DNA from: Porticoccaceae bacterium
Lineage (GTDB): Bacteria > Pseudomonadota > Gammaproteobacteria > Pseudomonadales > Porticoccaceae
Assembly (NCBI GenBank): GCA_017858295.1
Contig: JAFMBU010000001.1
Location: forward strand, 1-42,363
Direction: 5' to 3'
Length of the DNA: 42,363 nt
The translations under genes were made by a program, and so were the position numbers. The notes under the pieces were generated by a model. It saw nothing but the letters and a program-made list of their open reading frames with translations, made no database searches and was not told the DNA's origin. Of the stretch, positions 8,803-18,133 are shown piece after piece. Position 1 is the stretch's first letter. Every line of letters starts with the position of its first letter.

Positions 8803-9486
8803 ATGCAGGATCATATGAAAATAGACTCAGAGCGCCTAACCGGCAGCACCCAGAGCCACTTAGTGGAATGGTCTGGCATGCTGGTGCAGAGTGCCGTGGT
8901 TGAGCCTTTGGCGCAGCTCTGCCAGCAAGCGACCGAACAGGGTTTTGATCTGCGTCTGTGCAGCAGCTTCCGCAGTTTTGATCGACAGTTAAAAATTTGG
9001 AATCACAAACTCAGTGGGTTGCGTCCGGTCTTAGATGACAGTGGCGCGCGTTTGGATTTGACTCAGATGACAGAGTGGCAGCAGATTCAGGCGGTGATGC
9101 GCTGGTCTGCCCTGCCCGGGGCTTCTCGCCACCACTGGGGAACGGATTTTGATATCTATGATGCCGCTGCAGTGGATGCCGACTATCAGATTCAGCTAGT
9201 GCCTGAAGAAGTTGAGGGCAGCGGTGTGTTTGCGCCATTCCACGATTGGCTAGATAGTTCGGTGTTAGCGGCGGCTGGTTTTTATCGGCCCTATGCAAAG
9301 GACTTGGGCGGTATTGCTCCGGAGCGCTGGCATATCAGTTATAGGCCTGTGGCAGAACATTATGCTGCACAGCTCACCGTGGAGGTGCTTGCCGAACGGC
9401 TCGCCAGTGCAGATATGGTTTACAAAGAAACAGTGCTCAACCATCTGGATGAGCTTTTTCAACGCTATATAAGTGTTAATAATTAA
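8803..9486 (+). CDS. M15-family D-Ala-D-Ala carboxypeptidase (VanY-like)
   Basis: SSFRSFDRQ, SALPGASRHHWGTDFD (SxHxxGxxxD) and ERWH (ExxH). Confidence 0.88.
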   Translation: MQDHMKIDSERLTGSTQSHLVEWSGMLVQSAVVEPLAQLCQQATEQGFDLRLCSSFRSFDRQLKIWNHKLSGLRPVLDDSGARLDLTQMTEWQQIQAVMRWSALPGASRHHWGTDFDIYDAAAVDADYQIQLVPEEVEGSGVFAPFHDWLDSSVLAAAGFYRPYAKDLGGIAPERWHISYRPVAEHYAAQLTVEVLAERLASADMVYKETVLNHLDELFQRYISVNN

Positions 9487-9525
9487 CTGAATAACCGCCA
9501 AGTGAATAAATAGGAAAAGTAATAG

Positions 9526-10314
9526 ATGATCGCCGACGATCCACTGTGGGAAATGATATGCACTGAAGCACGGCAGACCGCTGCTAAAGAACCTTTGATG
9601 AGCGGGTTTTTTGATGCTGCGATTTTGAGTCATCAGAATTTGACTCAGGCCCTGTGCTTTAATCTGTCTCAACAGTTACACAGCTCGGTCATGTCTGCCG
9701 CAGCGGTTGCAGAGGTTTTGGCTGAGGCCATGGCCAGTGATGGTGCGATCTGTGATGCAGCTCGCACAGATATCCATGCCTGTTTCGATCGTGATCCCGC
9801 CTGCGACAATCATTTTATGCCTATACTTTATTTCAAGGGTTTTCAGGCTTTGCAGCTTTATAGAGTAGCTCACTGGTTGTGGCTTCAAGGGCGCAACCAT
9901 TTGGCGCTCTATCTTCAGAGCCAAATATCCGAGGTGTTTGCTGTGGATATTCACCCCGGAGCGCAAATCGGCAGTGGCATTATGATCGACCACGCCAGCG
10001 GGTTGGTCATAGGAGAAACCGCCATTGTCGGCAACGACGTGTCTATATTGCACTCCGTGACACTGGGGGGCAGTGGCTGCATTAAAGGCAGTCGCCACCC
10101 AACCATTGGCAATGGTGTGATGATTTCCGCCGGGGCCAAAATTCTTGGCAATGTGATGGTCGGCGACGGCGTTAAAATTGGTGCCGGTAGTTTGGTACTT
10201 GAGTCGGTGCCGCCCCATGTCACAGTAGCTGGCGTACCGGCCAAGATTGTCGGCGCGCCGAGAGAAGCGGCGCCTGCTCTGGAAATGGATCAGTACTTGA
10301 GTGACAGCCCTTAG
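9526..10314 (+). CDS. cysE: Serine O-acetyltransferase, copy 1
   Basis: DRDPAC, YFKGFQALQ.YR.AH.LW, VDIHPGA, IDHASG.VIGET, VTLGG, RHP, hexapeptide repeats. Confidence 0.9.
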   Translation: MIADDPLWEMICTEARQTAAKEPLMSGFFDAAILSHQNLTQALCFNLSQQLHSSVMSAAAVAEVLAEAMASDGAICDAARTDIHACFDRDPACDNHFMPILYFKGFQALQLYRVAHWLWLQGRNHLALYLQSQISEVFAVDIHPGAQIGSGIMIDHASGLVIGETAIVGNDVSILHSVTLGGSGCIKGSRHPTIGNGVMISAGAKILGNVMVGDGVKIGAGSLVLESVPPHVTVAGVPAKIVGAPREAAPALEMDQYLSDSP

Positions 10315-10393
10315 CGAGAAAGCTAAAAAGGCTGTGATAAAAGAGCACAGGAGATATAGCTAGGCCGTCGCACTACAACCAGGAGGTTGAATA

Positions 10394-10885
10394 ATGACCG
10401 ACAAGGATTTGCCTAAAAGTCAGACGGAAGGAAACCCTGAGACGGATGTCTTTGATTTGGTGTTTCGCGGTGAGATTGTCCAGGGCAATAGTCTAGAAGA
10501 GGTTAAGCGGCGCGTTGCCGCCAGTTTTAATCTAGACCCCGCCGCCGCTGACCAGCTCTTTTCAGGAACGCCAGTGCGGCTTAAACGCAGCGTCGATAAA
10601 GTGACCGCCGAGCGTCTTCTGCAGCGCTTAAATGATGTTGGCGCGATTGCAGTGATAGTGCCTAATTCACCAGAAACTGAACCTACTCAGCAGGATCCAT
10701 TGTCTCTAGCGCCCCTGGGCAGTAATGTCACTGATGGTGCTGAAAAGGGAAAGGCGAAAGCGGTATTTTCGGCTTCGCTGGATCATCTCAGTCTCGAGCC
10801 TGTTGGAACCAGAATGGTTAAAGAGACTGAAGTGCCGCCGGTGAAAACGCTCGATCTTGATACCTCAAAATTCTCACTTGAGTAG
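10394..10885 (+). CDS. Conserved hypothetical protein (small N-terminal alpha/beta domain plus LSLxPxG repeats)
   Basis: Strong AGGAGG RBS; FDLVFRGE...LFSG.PV.LKR.VD..TAE domain; repeated LSLAPLGS and LSLEPVGT. Confidence 0.7.
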   Translation: MTDKDLPKSQTEGNPETDVFDLVFRGEIVQGNSLEEVKRRVAASFNLDPAAADQLFSGTPVRLKRSVDKVTAERLLQRLNDVGAIAVIVPNSPETEPTQQDPLSLAPLGSNVTDGAEKGKAKAVFSASLDHLSLEPVGTRMVKETEVPPVKTLDLDTSKFSLE

Positions 10886-10897
10886 TTCAAAGAGCTT

Positions 10898-12097
10898 TTA
10901 GAGACAGATTGTCGCCAGATGCTGAATCTGTTTTTCGAGCAACATTTGGCGCCCTTCAGGAAAACCCTGTAAGACAAAACAATTCTCTTTAAACGGCAGA
11001 AAGCGGGCGATCGACGATAACTGTTCTATATCAAACTCTGTCGATTGCACGGCAATTGTGTCTTTCTCAAGTTCATCGGCGAGGCTGGCGGTAGCACTTT
11101 TTAGTTTGTCGAGGCCTTCGTGGTGACGGAACAGTGGTGCCGACTGCAGGTTGTCACTGCACAGCGCCCAGCAGATTTCTAGGTCAATCCCCAGTTCTTC
11201 TGAGAGCCGCTCAAGCACCTGTTGCAGGGAGTAGATCGCCATTAGGCATATAAGTAAGTGCTGCTTCGATACCTGGGTCGAGCGAATATAAAAATTGATG
11301 CTACCACTGCCACCCTCAATGCGCTGGCCAGCGTAGAGCTCTAATGTTCGCAGTGTGCAGTAATCAATTTTTTCAAATAGTTGGGTCAAATTTTGGCGGT
11401 TGAGCTGACTCTCGAGGCGATGTCGATTCTTGATTGTTGCGGTAATCAGTGAGCAGTAATAGCCGGTATCCGAAAGTCCCTCATCGCTGCTTGTTGAAAG
11501 CAGCGGCTGCAGGCGCAGTTCTAATGAAGCCATTTCGTCGTCGAGGCTTTCAGAGCTGCCGGGCAGACGGTTGGTCAGCATTCGCAGGCGTCGGGACAGT
11601 TGCTCGGCAAAGCGGAAACAGCCATAGCAGCTAAGCAATGTGAAAACCGCCCACATTAGCAACCAGTTGCTGACCACTTGGCTGTGGCGCTGTTGGATAG
11701 CCTGACTGTCGACGCTGATCAGTACTTTGCCGGCCTGGGTGTCCTGAAGCGCGATATTGCGACTGAAGCTGACCGCTATAGCGGTCTCTGGTACTGGCTT
11801 TTTGCTCTGTGCTACCAGCTGACCGCCTATATCATAGACACTGGCATCGAGGATGATTGGATCTTCGGTAACATTCTGCAGAGCCACCTGAATACTGATA
11901 CTGTCGCCGTTAAACAGGGGGCCACGAACCAGTTCAACCAGTTGGTTGATGGTTAGATCGCCTTTTTCTTGCAGCGTTTCTTGGCTCAACTTGCTGGCGT
12001 GACTGGTTAGCAGGGCCCAGCCACATAGGCCGAAAAGTAGGCAGGCGGACAGTGCCAGTGCGGGTATTTTTTTAGCCAGGGAGTATTGGCGGTGCAT
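10898..12097 (-). CDS. AhpA/YtjB (Smp)-like membrane protein with an extra cytoplasmic domain
   Basis: Two TM segments flanking a periplasmic domain (ILDASVYD..GQLVAQS). Divergent from serB, the typical position for this family. Confidence 0.65.
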   Translation of the reverse strand: MHRQYSLAKKIPALALSACLLFGLCGWALLTSHASKLSQETLQEKGDLTINQLVELVRGPLFNGDSISIQVALQNVTEDPIILDASVYDIGGQLVAQSKKPVPETAIAVSFSRNIALQDTQAGKVLISVDSQAIQQRHSQVVSNWLLMWAVFTLLSCYGCFRFAEQLSRRLRMLTNRLPGSSESLDDEMASLELRLQPLLSTSSDEGLSDTGYYCSLITATIKNRHRLESQLNRQNLTQLFEKIDYCTLRTLELYAGQRIEGGSGSINFYIRSTQVSKQHLLICLMAIYSLQQVLERLSEELGIDLEICWALCSDNLQSAPLFRHHEGLDKLKSATASLADELEKDTIAVQSTEFDIEQLSSIARFLPFKENCFVLQGFPEGRQMLLEKQIQHLATICL

Positions 12098-12205
12098 CCC
12101 GAAGTCCTTAAAAAGAGCCTGATTGAAATATATTTGCCGCGCATTCTATCCTATTGCTCAGGCTTTTATATAATAGCGCCCTTAAAATAACTATGGCCAC
12201 AATCT

Positions 12206-13426
12206 GTGAAGCAACTATTTCTGATTAATGTGTGGGGGCAAGACAAGCCTGGTGTCACTCGTGTTGTGACTGAGGTGTTGTCCACCTTCGAGGTTACTGT
12301 GCTCGATATTGGTCAGGCGGTGATTCACGACCAGCTCAATTTGGGTATTCTCGCGGCAGTGCCGGCCAGTAAAGATTCGGAGGCCTTAGTCAAGGCTGTA
12401 CAGCGCAGCCTGCTGGCTCTTGAGATGCAGGTGATGTTCTCGCCAATCACTGAGCAGCGCTACCAAAGCTGGGTCGCCCAGCAGGGCAAGGCGCGCTATA
12501 TAGTGACACTGCTAGCGCGCAAAATTGAGCCTGAGCACTTAGCGGCTGTGGCCACAGTGACCAGCGAATACGACCTTAATATTGATAAGATTGTGCGCCT
12601 TTCCGGGCGTATGGAGCTCGACGAAAGTGAGCAGTTGGGACGTGCCTGCGTGGAATTCTCCGTCCGTGGCGAGCCCAAGGATGCGGTGCAGTTTAAGAGC
12701 GCGCTGCTGGAGTTGGCCAGTCAATATGATATTGACATCGCCTATCAGGAAGACAATATCTTTCGTCGCAATCGCCGGTTAGTGGTATTTGATATGGACT
12801 CCACGCTGATCGATGCTGAGGTAATTGATGAGCTGGCCCATGAGGCCGGTGTCGGCGATCAGGTTGCTGCAATTACCGAGGCGGCGATGCAGGGTGAGAT
12901 CGACTTTAAAGCCAGCTTTACTCAGCGCATGGCGCTGCTCAAGGGATTAGATGCCAGTGTGTTGCAATCGGTGGCCGAGCGCCTGCGCTTAAACGAAGGT
13001 GCTGAGCACCTTATTTCGACACTGAAAAAGCTCGGTTTTAAAACCGCCATTGTCTCTGGAGGTTTCACCTTTTTTGGCGAGTACTTGCAGCAGCGTCTTG
13101 GTGTTGACTATGTCTATGCCAATCAGCTGGATGTTGAAGATGGGCTGGTAACCGGCCGGGTAACAGGTGAAATTATTGACGGTCAGCGCAAGGCTGAGTT
13201 GCTGCGTCAAATCGCCGAGCGGGAAGGTCTGATGCTGCAGCAGGTAATTGCAGTGGGAGATGGAGCCAATGACCTGCCGATGCTTAGCATCGCTGGTCTG
13301 GGTATCGCTTTTCGTGCCAAGCCTCTGGTCAAGGCCTCAGCTAAGCAGTCCATCTCCAATCTGGGCTTGGATGGCATTCTCTACCTGCTCGGATACAGTG
13401 ATAAAGATACGCTTATTCTTGATTGA
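12206..13426 (+). CDS. serB: Phosphoserine phosphatase (ACT-ACT-HAD)
   Basis: G.DKPGV ACT motif, FDMDSTL, VSGGF, GDGANDLPM. Confidence 0.96.
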   Translation: MKQLFLINVWGQDKPGVTRVVTEVLSTFEVTVLDIGQAVIHDQLNLGILAAVPASKDSEALVKAVQRSLLALEMQVMFSPITEQRYQSWVAQQGKARYIVTLLARKIEPEHLAAVATVTSEYDLNIDKIVRLSGRMELDESEQLGRACVEFSVRGEPKDAVQFKSALLELASQYDIDIAYQEDNIFRRNRRLVVFDMDSTLIDAEVIDELAHEAGVGDQVAAITEAAMQGEIDFKASFTQRMALLKGLDASVLQSVAERLRLNEGAEHLISTLKKLGFKTAIVSGGFTFFGEYLQQRLGVDYVYANQLDVEDGLVTGRVTGEIIDGQRKAELLRQIAEREGLMLQQVIAVGDGANDLPMLSIAGLGIAFRAKPLVKASAKQSISNLGLDGILYLLGYSDKDTLILD

Positions 13427-13451
13427 AGCAGGTAAAGATCAGCTTGTGGTA

Positions 13452-15569
13452 TCAGGGCCCCTCTGAGAAATCGTAGTCCATGGTAAACGATGGCTCGTTA
13501 ATATAGTGGCCCTGAATATATTGCACACCCTGTTGCCAGAGTAGGGGAATAATAGTGGCTGTCTCGACAAAGGGTACGATCACATCGACGCCGGTTCCGG
13601 TCATGCCACCCATAATATTTTGGAATTCTTCTTTTCCTTGCGTGGCCTTTTCTTGAGCCGCTTTGCCTTGATCCGTATTGGCTAGCTTCTCAACTATTAC
13701 GCGATCCACTTTAACAAAGTCAGCTTTGATTCGTTCTAAAATTTTCAGGGGGTTAATGGCGAGGCCAAAATTGCTGATGCCCACTTGCCCATGAGCCTTT
13801 TTCATTTCCTCACAGAGCGCTGCGGCCTGATTTAGATAGCGTACTGCATCGATTTCACACAATTGAAAAATGAGTGTATTAGCGGGCAGTTTTGACGTGC
13901 TGAGGGCTTTTTTCAGCCAGGGCAAAAACGCTGTATTGGCAAAGGATTGGGCGCTGATATTAATAAATAACTGGGTCTCAGGATTGGTCTTGAGCTTTTC
14001 AGTCAGTGAGTTGAGAGCTTCACTTATTACCCAGCGGTCCACTTCAGCGGCAATCTCGGATTTAAATAGATTGGCGATAAAGTCCTCGGGTATTTCGCTG
14101 GCTGGGACATCCTTTTTAATGCCCAAGATAACTTCGTAGTACTCCTTGCCACTGCCGCCATCTATGAGTGCCACTATGGGTTGATAGCGAATTGAGAAAG
14201 CGCCTTTGTTGAGCAGGTTCTTGGCGGTGATAACCACTGCCTCAGTTTTTGAAATATCGTCCGAGTGAATATCCGGGATATAAAACTTAGCGCCGTTGCC
14301 GAGACTATTCTGCTCTCGCAATTGGGCAATAGCTTCTTCACTGCGCTCGAGGCCGCGCTCAACCGAAGGTACATTTTCATTGAGACCGGTGATGCCAATT
14401 GACGTAGTCAGGGAGAAGGTTTCATCCTCTATATCAAAAACCTGCTGGCCGATTTGCTGGCAGATATCCGCCGCCAGTTCTACAACCTTTTCCTCTGTAG
14501 TATCTGGTAGCACTATGACAAAACAGTTTTCTGAGATCCTGCCGCAGTCGAGATTGTGATCAAACAACTGCACGATAAACATCACCAGTGAATGGGCGAT
14601 TTTCTCGGCTTTGGCTATACCTAGGTCTTCCTTGAGTTGGCTAAATCGGTCTGCTTGGATGTTGAGTAACATGCAGTCCTGACCACTCTGCACCGAGCGG
14701 CTGATGCCTCGACTGATTAGCTCATAGACTAGGTGGGGTTGTATGGCGCTGTATTCGGTAGTTTTCTGTTGCTCGCTATGATCCATGCTGGCATCAAATA
14801 GCTTGTCTTTATTGATGGTAAATTGCAGTGCTGGTTCGGCATCGTATTGAATTTGGTGGATCTCAAGGAACGCGTCAGCCTCTTTACCATCCGCGTCCAC
14901 TGTTTTGATCACGGCTTCAAAAGGTACAAGCTCGTCAGAACTATGTAGGGGTGCCATATAGGCTTTTAACTTCTCTCGATCCCGAGCACCTATATTGTCT
15001 ATAACCGGCATGCAGAGCATCTCATCTACATGGCTAAAGCCAAAGATGTTGGCGCAGGCGTCATTGCCATAGACATAGACACCCTCCTTAACGATGGCGA
15101 TGGGAAAGCGCGAAATATCCATAAGGTGCTGGGCGCGCTTTTCTGCCACCGAAAGCTTGCGCTCCCACTCTCTGGACTGACGTCGCTCATAGACGCTGCG
15201 CAATGAACGCTGCACAACCTTAATCAGGTGTTGGTCTTGGTCTTCAACTACAACATCAACGGCTCCAAGGCGCATCCCTTCGATCACCTTTTTGGGATTG
15301 TATTCTTGGCTGATTAGGATCACCGGTAAATCTCTCTCGGCCCGGCGTATGCGCTGAAATATATTTTGTATCGGAACCCTAGTGTAATCCTGGGCGGCGA
15401 GTAATAGATCCCAGTTGCGCATGGAGATGGTTTTTTGTAGTTGCTCTTCATTGGTTGCCAGCTTGGCTTCGACGACAAAATCGGCGCTGCGTAAAATGCT
15501 GATAAAACGGTTTGCCTCATCATTGGATTTGTCGACGATTAAAATATGCAGTGGTTCATTTGAACGCAT
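13452..15569 (-). CDS. fimX: FimX-like REC-PAS-degenerate GGDEF-degenerate EAL protein
   Basis: Atypical REC domain; GGDEF replaced by SENCF; EAL region YQPIV...YEVILG...FINIS...ISNFG...VPFVET...LWQQGVQYIQGHY. Convergent with serB as in Pseudomonas. Confidence 0.75.
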   Translation of the reverse strand: MRSNEPLHILIVDKSNDEANRFISILRSADFVVEAKLATNEEQLQKTISMRNWDLLLAAQDYTRVPIQNIFQRIRRAERDLPVILISQEYNPKKVIEGMRLGAVDVVVEDQDQHLIKVVQRSLRSVYERRQSREWERKLSVAEKRAQHLMDISRFPIAIVKEGVYVYGNDACANIFGFSHVDEMLCMPVIDNIGARDREKLKAYMAPLHSSDELVPFEAVIKTVDADGKEADAFLEIHQIQYDAEPALQFTINKDKLFDASMDHSEQQKTTEYSAIQPHLVYELISRGISRSVQSGQDCMLLNIQADRFSQLKEDLGIAKAEKIAHSLVMFIVQLFDHNLDCGRISENCFVIVLPDTTEEKVVELAADICQQIGQQVFDIEDETFSLTTSIGITGLNENVPSVERGLERSEEAIAQLREQNSLGNGAKFYIPDIHSDDISKTEAVVITAKNLLNKGAFSIRYQPIVALIDGGSGKEYYEVILGIKKDVPASEIPEDFIANLFKSEIAAEVDRWVISEALNSLTEKLKTNPETQLFINISAQSFANTAFLPWLKKALSTSKLPANTLIFQLCEIDAVRYLNQAAALCEEMKKAHGQVGISNFGLAINPLKILERIKADFVKVDRVIVEKLANTDQGKAAQEKATQGKEEFQNIMGGMTGTGVDVIVPFVETATIIPLLWQQGVQYIQGHYINEPSFTMDYDFSEGP

Positions 15570-15600
15570 AAAAATACTTCTTCCTTGGGGTTTTGATTAG

Positions 15601-15646
15601 CTCTAATAACAGGGCTCTAAACGCAAGCCTCTAAACGTAAGCCTCT
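15601..15646. repeat. Short 14-bp tandem repeat, about 3 units
   Basis: ctctaataacaggg / ctctaaacgcaagc / ctctaaacgtaagc / ctct. Confidence 0.6.
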
Positions 15647-17307
15647 TAACAAAAGGCTATTTTGAAATGAGATAAATGTTCCGTGGTCTCCAGTTCCTCT
15701 TCGAGAATTGCATAGCTCTGTTGCAGTGGTGTGATCACAAAGACCTTAGCGTTTTTAGTGTAGCGCAGGGGCGGGCACAACAGTGAGACGCCTTCGCTAA
15801 GATCTCGTTTTTGTGACAGCAATATAGCCTGCATAAACTGGTACTCAGAGTCCGGACCTCGGGGCCTGATGCGAAGAGCAGATGGGGCGCAGTGGCGTGC
15901 GGGAAATTGTACGCCGCAGATGCTGTAAAGGGACGGTGATATATTTTTCCAGCGCACAATACCCGCCATCCATTTATTGGCGTCGCGAGTGCGAACGGCG
16001 ATCAGCTCCCCTGGTTGCAGCTGCACTCTTTTATCATTGAGTTCTATGCAAGCGCCATTGAGACTGACGTTTTTCCGCAGTGCTTGTATCACTTTTAGCT
16101 TGCTGTTTTTAGACCCTGTGGGCATATAGATAATTGGATCATCCGGATGGCTGTCGAGCTTTTCAAATACGCTACCCCAGACGTCATCTACCCGTTTAAT
16201 GCTTGGCCCTTGGTGTTGTTTTGTCGCCGGCTGCTGCCCGCATAGACGCAGAAAATTATCGAAACTATTCGTTTTCGAGAGCATGCATAGGGTTGCTGTA
16301 AAGCCCTGTGTCACCGAGAGCTGTGCCTGATCCTTGATGTGGGTCTCGCGGCGCTTGAGCTTCTGTCCCCACTGTTTGATTAGGTCGCCGATAACTCGGC
16401 GTGACACTCGGTCAGAAAATAAGGTATCTGAGTTGTCGCTGATAACACCCTTTAAAAAGCTGACCAGATGCGATGTATCTAGAATGATATTGCCCTGGTG
16501 TCCGTCGCCCTCATCAGCGTAAACAGTCCCGTGATTTGACGATGGGTCTACGGAAAAAAGCCCTTTGGTATTGCCTCTGCGGAGCTCGGCAAGGGACGAC
16601 CAAAATTCCAACTCACTGTAGACAAAGCGCAGCTCATAATTGGAAAAATGATGGGGCCTGGTGCTACTGAATAGCAGTAGTTTTATATAGACCTTTTTAA
16701 TTGAGCTATTAATCCCCAGATTATTCGGTATATCTTTACTGGCGACCCCAAGCTGCTCAGCGAGTAAATAGAGGGCATGCAATTCGCGCCAGTAAAAGCT
16801 CGGCTGCTGCAGATAGTGACTCAGGCTATTGAGCTGAATTCTTGCCAGCAGGTGACAGGCAGCAAGAATACACTGGGCTAGCTGAGCGCTTTGGCTGGTC
16901 TGTTTTGGGCTTTCTGGGAGTTCGCCTCCGAGCTGGTAGATCACCAGTTTGTAGCCTTCAAAAAGCCGTCTGACCAATGATTGGCCGAGGGATATAGCCT
17001 TGGCTGTAGACTGATTTAGCTGATTCTGTAGCAGACCCTCAGTAGATCTAATGATTGCCGGATTGAGGCTGTCGAGAATAGCTATTTTGATATTTGGCGG
17101 ATTATCTGACCCTATAACCGATGGCAGAACTCGGTAGAGCGCCATGGAGTTGTTGGCATAATTGGTCGCCGATAGGCTCTTTATAAATTGTTCAGCTGCG
17201 GCTTGATCCGGTATTTGTGCATCGATTTTTGTGGTCAGATTATCTGCGATAGAGGGTTTCAGAATGCTCAGCAGGGCTGCAATATTATTGTTTAAAGCCG
17301 GACTCAT
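15646..17307 (-). CDS. fimW: FimW-like protein with a PilZ-type C-terminal region
   Basis: WRELHALY.LAE helical region, NVSLNGAC (N/DxSxxG), GELIAVR...W..GIVRW...GVQ. Directly upstream of the fimX-like gene. Confidence 0.62.
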   Translation of the reverse strand: MSPALNNNIAALLSILKPSIADNLTTKIDAQIPDQAAAEQFIKSLSATNYANNSMALYRVLPSVIGSDNPPNIKIAILDSLNPAIIRSTEGLLQNQLNQSTAKAISLGQSLVRRLFEGYKLVIYQLGGELPESPKQTSQSAQLAQCILAACHLLARIQLNSLSHYLQQPSFYWRELHALYLLAEQLGVASKDIPNNLGINSSIKKVYIKLLLFSSTRPHHFSNYELRFVYSELEFWSSLAELRRGNTKGLFSVDPSSNHGTVYADEGDGHQGNIILDTSHLVSFLKGVISDNSDTLFSDRVSRRVIGDLIKQWGQKLKRRETHIKDQAQLSVTQGFTATLCMLSKTNSFDNFLRLCGQQPATKQHQGPSIKRVDDVWGSVFEKLDSHPDDPIIYMPTGSKNSKLKVIQALRKNVSLNGACIELNDKRVQLQPGELIAVRTRDANKWMAGIVRWKNISPSLYSICGVQFPARHCAPSALRIRPRGPDSEYQFMQAILLSQKRDLSEGVSLLCPPLRYTKNAKVFVITPLQQSYAILEEELETTEHLSHFKIAFC

Positions 17308-17533
17308 AAAAGTTAGCCTGAAAAACGTTGTAGTGGGACTTCCAAAATAAGGCTCTATTTATCCTTTGATACGTCTTCTCTAAGTGTAGTCAACTTTTTC
17401 CCATAGCTTGGCAATTCATCTCTGTTCAATTTCAACTGCTGAATAATTTGTTCAATGGCGCCACAAACTGCTCAACTGAAGGGGAAGTTCGGGTATCATA
17501 TCGGCCTTTTTAGATAATCGAGAACCCAAGCCC

Positions 17534-18106
17534 ATGTCAAACTACTCTACCAATGAATTTCGCTCTGGATTGAAGGTAATGCTCGATGGAGATCCCTGTT
17601 CAATCTTAGATAATGAGCTGGTAAAGCCAGGCAAAGGCCAGGCATTTAACCGCGTTAAATTGCGCAACCTGAAGACTGGCCGGGTACTGGAAAAAACCTT
17701 TAAATCCGGCGAGCAACTGGAGGCCGCTGACGTTATGGATACTGATATGCAGTATCTCTATAACGATGGTGACTTCTGGTGTTTTATGGAGCCAGATACC
17801 TTTGAGCAACATCAGGCCACTGAGACCGCGGTAGGCGATGCGCTGATCTGGTTGAGTGAGCAGGATACCTGTGTGGTGACGCTATTCAATGGCGTTCCCC
17901 TGTCGGTGACCCCGCCCAATCACGTTGAGTTGGAGATTGTGGAAACCGATCCAGGCCTGCGTGGTGATACGGCGCAGGGTGGCAGCAAGCCGGCTAAGCT
18001 AGTTACTGGTGCGGTGGTAAAAGTGCCGCTGTTTCTCGACCAGGGTGAGATTATCCGTGTCGATACACGCACCGGCGAATACCAGGGCCGCGTCAGTTCT
18101 AAGTAA
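17534..18106 (+). CDS. efp: Elongation factor P (Lys34 type)
   Basis: VKPGKGQAF loop, [15 protein letters not shown]. Confidence 0.97.
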   Translation: MSNYSTNEFRSGLKVMLDGDPCSILDNELVKPGKGQAFNRVKLRNLKTGRVLEKTFKSGEQLEAADVMDTDMQYLYNDGDFWCFMEPDTFEQHQATETAVGDALIWLSEQDTCVVTLFNGVPLSVTPPNHVELEIVETDPGLRGDTAQGGSKPAKLVTGAVVKVPLFLDQGEIIRVDTRTGEYQGRVSSK

Positions 18107-18133
18107 GTTCTTGAAACAGCCCTTGAGCGCGAA

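Noticed and set aside
8803-9486. Vancomycin-resistance interpretation of the VanY-like gene
   Set aside because: No vanHAX or vanRS context; this M15 subfamily is a common chromosomal gene in marine gammaproteobacteria.
9676-10244. Antisense ORFs over cysE, and similar nested ORFs across the window
   Set aside because: Fully embedded in well-supported genes, with no protein features of their own.
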